This document shows positions 19,464-28,907 of a DNA stretch of 64,000 nucleotides, piece after piece (position 1 is the first letter of the stretch; each line of letters opens with the position of its first letter). Source of the DNA: Candidatus Falkowbacteria bacterium RIFOXYA2_FULL_47_19 (GTDB taxonomy: Bacteria; Patescibacteriota; Patescibacteriia; Patescibacteriales; UBA12075); the NCBI GenBank assembly GCA_001780275.1, contig MFGB01000020.1, positions 40,813 through 104,812 of the forward strand. Reading direction: 5' to 3'. Both the position numbers and the translations under genes were made by a program. A model generated the notes under the pieces. The model did no database searches and was not told where the DNA came from. It saw nothing but the letters and a program-made list of their open reading frames with translations.

Positions 19464-20372
19464 ATGAGCGCTCTTTTAAAATGGATGAGACCGATAACGG
19501 ATTATCTGAAATACGATAATAATTACTGGACCAGAGAGCGGGTAAAAGCTCTGGGAAAAAGATGCTTGATTTACTTCCTGCTGTTGTTTATCGTTTTTGT
19601 TTATTACGCCGTTCTAACGGGGCTATCCCCCAGCCAGGCCGCCCTCTCCGCTTATCGGAATATCAAACCGGGAATCACGGCTATGAGCCGGGATTTTCCC
19701 GCGCGCTTGCACGCTTATGCCGGCTGGTATCTCAGAAGCAAAAGCTTGCCGGACGAAAAAAAGCTTAGGGAGTATTTTGATGATCCGGAGCTAAAAAGAA
19801 ATATCCGGTCGCTGATCGGTCGTGACAAACTTGAAAAATATTCCGAGCTGGGCGGAGCGGTAATGCTCCGGGAAAGAAGCGGAAAGAAATATTTTTATTT
19901 TCATGTGATTGAAAGCGAAAACCTGGCCTTAAGCCGGAAGATAAGAGACAGTATGGGCGACAGGGAAGAGCTCGTGGTGATCATAGATGCCAACATCGAG
20001 GAATTCAAAGATCTTTATGGCAGCGAAGAATTATTCAAGAAAGTATACGGGCACATAAAGAACGGCACCGCGCACAAAGGAAAAAAGGATTACTTTCTAT
20101 ATGACGCCATAGATCTTTATCTGAGTATATCGGACTCAAGGTATAATTTAACTTCGGACGAAATTATAACGGAAGTGTTCTATCCCTTCGGTCCGGACGG
20201 TTTTTTTCTCGGCACCTTCCATATTCATGATATAGGCGGTCCGCCCAGCGACAACGATTTTCTCCACACGGATAAACACCCGGAGTTTGTTATTTCCAGC
20301 ACCTCTTCCGGTTTTATGGTCTATGTATTGTCGCAGGGGGTTATAATCCATGAAATCGATAAAAAATATTAA
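19464..20372 (+). CDS. Membrane-anchored hypothetical protein with possible JAB/MPN-like motif
   Basis: One TM; ELGG...GTFHIH....PPSDND. Confidence 0.6.
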   Translation: MSALLKWMRPITDYLKYDNNYWTRERVKALGKRCLIYFLLLFIVFVYYAVLTGLSPSQAALSAYRNIKPGITAMSRDFPARLHAYAGWYLRSKSLPDEKKLREYFDDPELKRNIRSLIGRDKLEKYSELGGAVMLRERSGKKYFYFHVIESENLALSRKIRDSMGDREELVVIIDANIEEFKDLYGSEELFKKVYGHIKNGTAHKGKKDYFLYDAIDLYLSISDSRYNLTSDEIITEVFYPFGPDGFFLGTFHIHDIGGPPSDNDFLHTDKHPEFVISSTSSGFMVYVLSQGVIIHEIDKKY

Positions 20373-20505
20373 TATGCGGCTATTTTCATAGCCGTTTTTA
20401 AATTTATATTTTTACTTTTCGCCTTGACTTATTTTAGCAAGCATGTTAATATCTTTACAGATAATAGTCGTTAGGCTATTATTTTTTATACTGAAAAGCA
20501 GAATT

Positions 20506-20579
20506 GGAGCGGTAGCTCAGTTGGTTAGAGCGCTGCCCTGTCACGGCAGAGGTCGCGGGTTCGAGCCCCGTCCGCTCCG
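20506..20579 (+). tRNA. tRNA-Asp(GTC)
   Basis: GGAGCGG/CCGCTCC acceptor, CTGCC-CTGTCAC-GGCAG anticodon arm, GGTTCGAGCCC. Confidence 0.97.
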
Positions 20580-20796
20580 CAAAACAAGAAATCCCGATAC
20601 TTCGGGATTTTTTGTTTTGTGGAACGGATGTACGCAAGAACCCGTTTGATTATAGAATAATGGCAGGATAAATTACTTACACATCGAATAAGAATTTTAA
20701 ATCCCACCCTCCGTATCCTTTGATCCTGCCCCGCTTGCCCCGCAGGTGAGCGCAGCGAGCTGTGCGGGGTCCGCTCCGCCAGGCGTATTTAATCAT

Positions 20797-21048
20797 ATGC
20801 AGTATGTCGTATACATTTTGCAAAGCAAAAAAGACTTAAGCTATTATATCGGGCACACTGATAATCCGGAAAGGAGAATTGAGGAGCATAATCGCGGTAA
20901 AGATAAATATACAAAAAGTAAAATTCCTTGGACCTTGGTTCGCAAGGAATTTTTTGATACCAGGGGCGAGGCCATGACGAGGGAAAATCAAATAAAAAGA
21001 AAAAAGAGTAGAAAATACATAGATTGGCTGGTTGGCTCTAAAAGTTAG
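20797..21048 (+). CDS. Small standalone GIY-YIG endonuclease
   Basis: YVVYILQS....YYIGHT....RRIEEHN.G...YTK...PW...E......A..RE..IK; start reassigned to ATG 20797. Confidence 0.93.
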   Translation: MQYVVYILQSKKDLSYYIGHTDNPERRIEEHNRGKDKYTKSKIPWTLVRKEFFDTRGEAMTRENQIKRKKSRKYIDWLVGSKS

Positions 21049-21082
21049 AGCGTCCCGACGGCCGTCGGGAAGGTCGCGGGTT
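21044..21082 (+). pseudogene. Degenerate tRNA-Asp fragment with anticodon arm replaced by a palindrome
   Basis: GTTAGAGCG-[TCCCGACGGCCGTCGGGA]-AGGTCGCGGGTT versus tRNA GTTAGAGCG-[CTGCCCTGTCACGGCAG]-AGGTCGCGGGTT. Confidence 0.8.
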
Positions 21083-21240
21083 TTTACACCGTCGTATGAC
21101 GGGGCTTTTCTTTTTCAAGAATGAATAAATATTGAATCTATGTTTTTTTCCGGCGCCCTCGGGGTTGACGAACCGGTCTTTTCGCGCTAAGATCCTTTCA
21201 GCAGAAGCTATTATAAAACTCAAAGCCAGGAGGCGGCAGA

Positions 21241-21678
21241 ATGAATACTGTATTTAATGATCATGAATACGGGCCCAGCGTTTATTTTTTTATTTTTACG
21301 GTTTACCTCCCGGTGTTCATCGGGTTACCATTTACTTTGTGCACCGCATCATCGCCCCTTTTTATCGCAGCGGCAAAATGGCTGTTTATCAGCCTCTTCT
21401 GTTTGACGCTCTTTGTCATCGCCGTTATTAATCTTTTGATCAGATATTCTTTTCTTAAGCACCGTTCTTTCCTGCAGGAATACCGGGTGCTGGAAAAACG
21501 GATAAGCCCGGTCAACCTGAAATCGCGTTTTGTTTTTGAACAAAAAATGAAATTTCTGGAGATCGTCACGGTCTGGAAAAAAACCGGCGAAACTTTTGAC
21601 CGTGCGGCCGCCGTTCTCTGGCAAAAAGAATTCAAGGCCCGATTCTACAAACTGGAATACTTTGTTCCGCATTATTAA
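21241..21678 (+). CDS. Membrane hypothetical protein
   Basis: SD AGGAGG, two TM segments. Confidence 0.7.
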   Translation: MNTVFNDHEYGPSVYFFIFTVYLPVFIGLPFTLCTASSPLFIAAAKWLFISLFCLTLFVIAVINLLIRYSFLKHRSFLQEYRVLEKRISPVNLKSRFVFEQKMKFLEIVTVWKKTGETFDRAAAVLWQKEFKARFYKLEYFVPHY

Positions 21679-21944
21679 TAAAAAACACAAAACGGTTTCC
21701 CAAAAACCGTTTTTTTTATTCCCCCTTGAATTAAAAAACCGATCAAGCGTTTGATCGGACGGCGGGAGTCAAATGCTCGTCTCTATCCATAAATAGGAAT
21801 AGAAGACAGACAATCTTCTTCGGGTTGTATTTGTGAATCTAGTTGGTCAACCATAACACGTTATATATTTATTAAGATTACAACAATATCTTTACTTGTT
21901 GATTTCTCTGTGGTAAATTAATAATGCCTTAAAAATAGTAAAAT

Positions 21945-22375
21945 ATGGATTTACCAAAAATTCCAACAGACAATTTATACAAATTTTAGCATTATCTGGT
22001 TTAATTTTTATATTGCTTACTTTCTTGCTCGGCGGATATTACAATTATTATATAACTAAAGAGGTTCTCCTCGTTAAAGAAGAGACTACACGCGCGCTGG
22101 AAATGAATAGTGATAGCAATCATTCAAGTACAACCCCCCGTTTATACATAAGCAAAGAAATTGCGGATAAAATAACCGATCTTCAAAATAGAACTATCGC
22201 CTTAAAAGCCAGCATAGATACCATATTATTACTTAAGCCATTCATTTTTGGCGCGATGATTGTTAGTACGGTTATGGCATTTTTAGGTTTTTATTTATGG
22301 TATATAAAATTACAAAAACATAAAGACGAGATTATAAAATTAGAAGCGGAAAAATTAAGGTCTAAAATACAATAG
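21945..22375 (+). pseudogene. Frameshifted 2-TM membrane protein gene
   Basis: MDLPKIPTDNLYKF* continues as LALSGLIFILLTF... in the -1 frame; one T missing at 21984-21987. Confidence 0.65.
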
Positions 22376-22376
22376 T

Positions 22377-23171
22377 ATGTTAGAAGAATTTCAAAAATCA
22401 ATTAAGGCTGTCTTGTATGACAGACTGTCAAGCCCATTAGCAGGAGCTTTTATATTATCATGGTTCGTTTGGAACTGGGGATTGATTTATTACATCTTGA
22501 CCGGAGATGAAACGAGATACACAATTGAAAGAATTGAATACATAAAAGAAAATTTTTTATCCGAAAAATATATTTTGTTTTTCCCCTTGCTTTCTGTTAT
22601 TTTTTTAGTCTTCCTTTACCCATTTGCGGCAAATTTAGTATATAGGGTAATGTTAATGTTTAATAAACAGAAAAGAGACATCAAAATTAAAATTGAAAAT
22701 GATCAATGCCTTACTTTTAGGGAATCGGTTGAAATAAAAGAAACTTTCAGAAAACAGGAAGAGGTTTTTAAAAAATTCAACCAAGACAAAGACGAAAAAA
22801 TAAACATACTAAAAAGGGAAAATGATCTATTAAAAAATAAAATCAAAAAAATAGAGAATGACAATAAAAGAAAAGAATTATCTCCAGAGGAAAAAGCAAA
22901 AATTGACAAAATTTTAATTCATAACCTCGGAACCAAAGACGATGAATTTAAAAAAATAATAGAATCTAAATATAATAGACATTTTCTATCAATGGTAAAA
23001 TATATTAATCAGGGCTGGGGGTTTGGCGAAGATATAGACAATAACGCAGTAGGATTTTTTATTGCAAACGATATTATTGAGCAAACAAATAGGGCAAGTA
23101 TTTATAAATTAACCACCCGGGGTAAAGAATATTTAAAATATTATTACGATAATATTGAAACAAAAAACTAA
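22377..23171 (+). CDS. Membrane + coiled-coil hypothetical protein
   Basis: DRLSSPL.GAFILSW..WNW N-terminus, two TMs, coiled coil, possible winged-helix end (YKLTTRGKEYL). Confidence 0.75.
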   Translation: MLEEFQKSIKAVLYDRLSSPLAGAFILSWFVWNWGLIYYILTGDETRYTIERIEYIKENFLSEKYILFFPLLSVIFLVFLYPFAANLVYRVMLMFNKQKRDIKIKIENDQCLTFRESVEIKETFRKQEEVFKKFNQDKDEKINILKRENDLLKNKIKKIENDNKRKELSPEEKAKIDKILIHNLGTKDDEFKKIIESKYNRHFLSMVKYINQGWGFGEDIDNNAVGFFIANDIIEQTNRASIYKLTTRGKEYLKYYYDNIETKN

Positions 23172-23214
23172 AAAACACCCCACCATAACCCGGCGGGGTG
23201 TTTTATTACTATGG

Positions 23215-23940
23215 CTAATTAATTATGCAAAAATTTTTATACTTTAAAAACAATGCGCTAAGGTTGTTATATATTTTTTCTGAATTTTCTAAAATTTCCT
23301 TATTTCTATTTACAATCATTTGCGAAATCCAAGCCTTATTATTATCTGGTGTCATATTAAAAGATAAATCTAGTTGTTGTACAATATTTATCGCATTATT
23401 TACGGAATCCATAGACTCCATTACGTTGACAACCTCAATGGCAGAGGAACCTAAATATAAATATATATTATTTAAATTTTTATAATAAGGGTCAGTTACA
23501 TAGCCGGTCATTATAAATCTATTTTTTTCAAATCCGGTTAAAGTTTGCACAGTATTGGTTGCCTTTTTCAGATTAATAAAATTGGAATAAGTTAAAACGC
23601 AGTAAAAACTATTCTTTGCGTCCAGTTCATTTTTTTGTATTTCTATATAATGATTATTAATGTTCTGTATTTCAATAGAGTTTTGAAAAATAAAAAATAT
23701 TAATCCGAGAATGATTGTAATAACGGCAAGAAATTCACCCGATTTAATTTTATTTATTTTTATTTTATTTCTAAATAATAAGAATATACATATTACCGGC
23801 AACAAAAAATAGTAATTAGAAAGAATTACCGCTTTATATAAATTTTTAAATTTTAAAATTACATACAGTGCAATCAATACAAAAAGAATATTGAAAAAAA
23901 TATTCAATATTTTATGTAAAAGATTTTTTTTATTATTCAT
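23215..23940 (-). CDS. AT-rich membrane hypothetical protein
   Basis: 241-aa ORF with three TM segments. Confidence 0.65.
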   Translation of the reverse strand: MNNKKNLLHKILNIFFNILFVLIALYVILKFKNLYKAVILSNYYFLLPVICIFLLFRNKIKINKIKSGEFLAVITIILGLIFFIFQNSIEIQNINNHYIEIQKNELDAKNSFYCVLTYSNFINLKKATNTVQTLTGFEKNRFIMTGYVTDPYYKNLNNIYLYLGSSAIEVVNVMESMDSVNNAINIVQQLDLSFNMTPDNNKAWISQMIVNRNKEILENSEKIYNNLSALFLKYKNFCIIN

Positions 23941-24283
23941 AACGCTGTAGTTAGATACGTTTATATATTACCATTCGTTTTTTTAATTTACAAACTTTTT
24001 AATCAAAAACACCCCGCCATTAAGGCGGGGTGTTTTTTGTTTACCTCCCCCCCCTCCCTACCCCCCCCTCCAGCTGGGCGGGCGGGCAAGTCTGGGGAGG
24101 GCGACGGCGGGGGGTTTTTTATTGAATTATAGTATTTAAAATTTTATTTTTCTTAAGGAAAATTTTATATTTTTTTTATCTTTTCTTCATGTCGTTTTTG
24201 TTATAATAAAATTGAGCGTTTTTTATAAAACAAAGGTCGGGCTCTGTTAAAAATTTTAATCAACTAAATTTTCTAAAAATTAT

Positions 24284-25156
24284 ATGCATAAAATTAAACA
24301 ACATAAATTATTATTAATGCTATCCCTTGGATTAGTGGCATTAATTGCCTCTTTTTTCTTCGCGTCATATATAAACGCTGATTTAAATTCGGGATTAGTG
24401 GCTCATTGGAAGTTAAATAATTCAATGACGGATTCATCTGGCAATGAAAATACGCTTACCAACGACGGAACTGAAAGCACAACCGGTCTCTACGAAGCCG
24501 ATGATACTGCCTATAAATTTAATGGAATTAATGATGAATCATTAATTGCTGCGGATAGTAGTTCTTTAGATATTACCGGTGATATTAGTATTTCTGGTTG
24601 GTTAAAAATTGATAAACCGTTATCATATACAGAATGGCAAATCGCCCTAGTTTCTAAATGGAGTGGCGCTACGAATAACAGGTCTTATTTGTTGTATGCC
24701 TCCAATGATAGTGAAAACTCGTTTAATGATATGCTTATATTTGGCATATCGTCGGATGGAACGGGCGAGGGCAGTGGTCAGGAGCTTTATTTTTCTAATA
24801 GCACAACTAATTTTGCTACCGGAACTTGGCATCATTTTGCTGTAACGTGGAATGCGTCAGAATCTAGAGCTGAATTTTACATGAACGGAAAGAACTTGGG
24901 GGGTGATACCGGATCTAAAACGCAAATTTATAATGGAAACGCAAGTTTGAAAATTGGATATTCCGGTGATTATAACGGAGACTATAGTGTAGACGAGGTT
25001 CGTTTATACAATAAAGTTTTAACCGTCAATGAAATCAAAGCATTAAGCATTAACCCCGATTATAATAACGATGGAACGGTTGATGATGACGATATTTACG
25101 ACCAGGCTAAAATACATGCCGACTGGTTAGAAAATGTTTGGGGGACCGAAAAATAA
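24284..25156 (+). CDS. Secreted LamG/concanavalin A-like domain protein
   Basis: Signal peptide; GLVAHWKLN...DSSGN, WHHFAVTW, DEVRLYNKVLT..EI. Confidence 0.88.
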   Translation: MHKIKQHKLLLMLSLGLVALIASFFFASYINADLNSGLVAHWKLNNSMTDSSGNENTLTNDGTESTTGLYEADDTAYKFNGINDESLIAADSSSLDITGDISISGWLKIDKPLSYTEWQIALVSKWSGATNNRSYLLYASNDSENSFNDMLIFGISSDGTGEGSGQELYFSNSTTNFATGTWHHFAVTWNASESRAEFYMNGKNLGGDTGSKTQIYNGNASLKIGYSGDYNGDYSVDEVRLYNKVLTVNEIKALSINPDYNNDGTVDDDDIYDQAKIHADWLENVWGTEK

Positions 25157-25510
25157 ATTTTTATTTTAGACTCTAAAAACCACCCCGCCACTCAAATCCG
25201 GCGGGGTGTTTTTGTTTACTTCCCAATCAGTCTAGGGGATAATAATATACTTTTTATTTGTTTAATAATAGCAGTATTTATTATTTCTTTAGAAAAATTT
25301 TATAAAAATTTTATATTTTCTACAGTTTTTCTTTATATTTTTTTTATTTTTTCTTCATATTTTTTGCTAACCATAAACAAAAAATTTGACAATATTTTTT
25401 TTATTATATAAAATGGCAACATCGTCTGCCAACCAGTAAACAAAAAGGAGGTGATTATAATCTGGTCTGGTGGATTTTTTTGTTCATTCCCAATAAAAAA
25501 GGAGAAAACG

Positions 25511-26266
25511 ATGAAAAAAAATGTATTACTCGTAACTCTTGTTATTTTGTTCTGTTTTATTTTTGTGACCAACGCTCTCGCCGTTGATGTCGTTGTGACG
25601 CAGAAATTTTACGCCGGCTCCGGTGACGGACATATGTATGCCTATAGCTCAAGCTGGGACGCTGCTCATGATGCAAGCGCCGCTTATCAACTTTGGTATA
25701 CAGCAACAAGCATTGGAGTATTTTCAACAAAAAATATATATGGTCAATTTGCTCCCTACCGTGCATTTTTACCGTTTGATACCTCGTCAATTCCCAATGA
25801 CGCAGAAATAGCCTCGGCTGAATTACATCTATACATACTTAATGCTCCGAATGACTGCAATGATGGATACGACTGGATTACGGTCGTAGAAACTTTTCAG
25901 GCCAGTACGAGCAGTCTTAGTAATGACGACTTTGACCTATGCGGTGACGCGATTAATAACCCAACAGAGGGAATTGATTCAGGAGAAAGAAAAGACATTA
26001 CCAATACTCCTACAAACCAATATTCCCACTTCTCTCTAAATAATACGGGTAAGAGCTGGATTAATGTTTCAGGGTATACAAAACTCGGTTTACGGGAAGG
26101 GCACGATGCTATTGACAGCACACCCAGTCTGCCGTCACCCGGAGATAACGGTATTGCGTTTTATAGTTCAGAGGGGAGTAACCCTCCTTATTTATTAATT
26201 ACCTACGTATGCGATTCGTGCGACATTCCTGACAGCGAAGATGTTGTATCCGTCTCTCTTTACTAA
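25511..26266 (+). CDS. Secreted DNRLRE-like domain protein
   Basis: Signal peptide; RAFLPFDTSSIP....IASAELHLY ... FYSSEG..PPYL.ITY. Confidence 0.7.
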   Translation: MKKNVLLVTLVILFCFIFVTNALAVDVVVTQKFYAGSGDGHMYAYSSSWDAAHDASAAYQLWYTATSIGVFSTKNIYGQFAPYRAFLPFDTSSIPNDAEIASAELHLYILNAPNDCNDGYDWITVVETFQASTSSLSNDDFDLCGDAINNPTEGIDSGERKDITNTPTNQYSHFSLNNTGKSWINVSGYTKLGLREGHDAIDSTPSLPSPGDNGIAFYSSEGSNPPYLLITYVCDSCDIPDSEDVVSVSLY

Positions 26267-26639
26267 TTATTAAAATCGTCTATAAAAGTAAAAGCGGGAC
26301 CGCACTCCTGCTTTTTTCATATAATAACACCCCACCATTCAAACCTGGGGTGTTTTTTATTTTACCCGCCAGCCGCCGCCCCAATCCGCCAGCTGGCGGA
26401 GAGGAGGGGGTAACGACGCAAAACCCCTCTCCAGAATTGGAGAGGGGTGCCCCGCCCTTCGCGAAGGGCGGGGCGGGGTGAGGGAAGTTTGGGGAGGGCA
26501 TTTGACCCGATGGAGGTATTTTTTGTTTTGCTTTCCCGTTGACAAAGGCCGCGGTTCGTGCTAAGGTTTTTTGACCGGCCGCCGGGCAGGCGCCGGCAAG
26601 GAAAAGCGGCGGGACCGCTAAACACGAAGGAGGAGCAGC

Positions 26640-27176
26640 ATGTCAAAAAAAAGAAGTTTTCCAAAAGTGGTTTTTGACCACGAAGCGCGTCATCCCGATT
26701 ATAATATTTTTTACGGGATGTACTTTGACACCGAAGAAGAGGATATGAGGATCGTAAGTCTCCTCAAAAAACGGCTGGCCAGGAACAGCGAACTGGCCGC
26801 CTGGATCGAGCTTATAAGGGTTGAGTACCTGTCAACGAAAGAAAAGGAAAAACCGTGCACCTGTTTCAGTATCGTTTTAGCCAAGCAGGTATCAGGAGCG
26901 GCCGGCGTAGGCGAATTTAATTTTACTATTGCCTGGGACAGAGATTCTAAAACGGTTCTTTTCACGAGACGCAAATATCCGTCCGAGGAAAATAGCGGTC
27001 GTATTGATATCGTTAATCCGATACAACTAAAAAACGAAGGCGCGGATGAGATCGTTGACGCGATACTATACGGCATCCGGGCATCCCTGGATAAAATCCG
27101 CCTTGATATTCAGAATATCATAATGAGCATACCCTGCCGCATCAAGATCAGATCTTTTGAAGAAGTAAACAGATGA
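26640..27176 (+). CDS. Hypothetical protein
   Basis: SD AGGAGG, TTGACA upstream. Confidence 0.65.
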   Translation: MSKKRSFPKVVFDHEARHPDYNIFYGMYFDTEEEDMRIVSLLKKRLARNSELAAWIELIRVEYLSTKEKEKPCTCFSIVLAKQVSGAAGVGEFNFTIAWDRDSKTVLFTRRKYPSEENSGRIDIVNPIQLKNEGADEIVDAILYGIRASLDKIRLDIQNIIMSIPCRIKIRSFEEVNR

Positions 27177-27603
27177 AGAAGTAAACAGATCATAAAAAAA
27201 CAGGCACCCTGCTTAAATCCGGCAGGGTGTTTTTATTTTGCCTCGTCTCTTTACCGCCCGATCGACCACCGGAAAAATCCGGTAACCGTATAGTGACGGA
27301 AAATCGGAAAAAGCTGGGAAAATCGTTAAAATTTGTTAAGACTTGTTAGGGCTTGATTTTAACTAATACTGCGTTAAAAGCCCGTGTTTATTGGGTTTTC
27401 TAAAAACCCATTTATAATTTTCGAGCCCCGTCCGCTCCGCAAAAGAGAAAAGCGGACATTTTTCATGTCCGCTTTTTGGGAGTTAGTTCATATCCCGGTT
27501 TTTTACTATTCCTTGACGAAATTTAAAAAACATGCTATTATACTGCGATACTGGTAATAAATCTATTTTTGCTCTTAAAAACATATAGCAAAAGGAGATA
27601 ACA

Positions 27604-27840
27604 ATGAAATTATCGAACATCAACCGCGGTAATATTGAAGCCCAACTAAAAGAAACCGATCCCGAAAAACTGCATGAAAAGGCCACTGACTATTTTAAAT
27701 GCATTATGCAAATTCCCGAAAATGTAGATGAGCGCGGTGCGGCCACGATGTTTCTTTCCCTGGCCGCGTTTTTCCAGGCGCGGGCCGCCTACTACGCCGC
27801 CATGGCCGCAAAGCCGAAATTTGGTCGCCAAGACTGCTAA
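27604..27840 (+). CDS. Small hypothetical protein
   Basis: SD AAGGAG, promoter-like TTGACG upstream. Confidence 0.6.
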   Translation: MKLSNINRGNIEAQLKETDPEKLHEKATDYFKCIMQIPENVDERGAATMFLSLAAFFQARAAYYAAMAAKPKFGRQDC

Positions 27841-27938
27841 GGGTTCGATTCATCAAACCAACGCCCCACCCGTCAACGTGCGGGAGCGCCGACGTGAATG
27901 TTTTACAACCCCGTTCTTAAAAAAGGAGGAAATTAGGT

Positions 27939-28430
27939 ATGCGCGTGAATCTTAAAACGATCCTGGTCTTCGCTTTGCTGCTCGCCGCTTTTTCTTTACC
28001 GGCCGAGGCCGGGGAACTTGCCGCTAAAGAGGGCCAATATCTCGGCTGGGGAATTATTACGAAAACGGATCCCGGTTTTGCATCCGTTACATACCACTGG
28101 AAAACTTATCCGGATTATCCCGATAACGAAAATCACGTATTCTATCCCGGCGATCTTATCGCGCAGCAGAAAATAAACTGCTGCGATAGCGGAGCCATAA
28201 TTTATTCGTCCCTGTGCGCCGGCAAAGTACATCTCCTCGTAAGATTCAACGGATATAGAACGGCTCATCAGATTACCGAGTCCGTCTTGGATCCGGGCCA
28301 GGAAACGATCATCGGCTCCGTAGTTGATTCAGGCGATGCGGCCATTATTATCAAACTTTTAAGCATCGGGGCGAACGGCAAAGCGTCATTCGCTATATCG
28401 CAAATCACGTTACGGCAATTACGGAGGTAA
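27939..28430 (+). CDS. Secreted hypothetical protein
   Basis: SD AGGAGG, signal peptide ending AEA. Confidence 0.7.
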   Translation: MRVNLKTILVFALLLAAFSLPAEAGELAAKEGQYLGWGIITKTDPGFASVTYHWKTYPDYPDNENHVFYPGDLIAQQKINCCDSGAIIYSSLCAGKVHLLVRFNGYRTAHQITESVLDPGQETIIGSVVDSGDAAIIIKLLSIGANGKASFAISQITLRQLRR

Positions 28431-28907
28431 AATATTGATCACGATATTCCCCGGCCGCGCGAGCGCCAAAAAAACCAAACGGATAGCCAAGCCGACTTAC
28501 TGGGATATCCGGTTGAAGGAAACGATACTGGATGAAATATCTTCCCTTCCCGGCGAGAAACCGGTTCGCGCGCGGACCGGAACGCGCCCGAGCGGAGATC
28601 TTATGAGAACCCGACTCATCGGACGGATCTGTTCTTAAATATTAAATAATTCTTTCCCTTAAACAAATAACCGTTGGCATAACCAACGGTTTTTTATATT
28701 CATTTTTCGTTTTTAAAGCGATCGTATACCCTTATAGTCCGGCCGGCATCGATCACGCCGATCTTCGGATCAACGGTTTTGCGCTAATCCCGGATTTTTT
28801 AATCCATTATTTACTTTAAATTGTTTATACTGTTTATATATGATTTTAATTATCTCGCGCGAGAGCCGGAAAAATTTGACAAATCGACTCAGCCTGTTAA
28901 AATTTAT

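Larger units (their letters stand above)
20560..27444. mobile_element. Genomic island inserted at the tRNA-Asp 3' end (no integrase visible)
   Basis: 25-bp direct repeat TTCGAGCCCCGTCCGCTCCGCAAAA at 20560-20584 and 27420-27444; AT-rich interior genes. Confidence 0.75.

Noticed and set aside
27159..27190. 16-bp tandem duplication GAAGAAGTAAACAGAT at the end of ORF 26640
   Set aside because: Changes the C-terminus by one residue only; no evidence it is a target-site duplication
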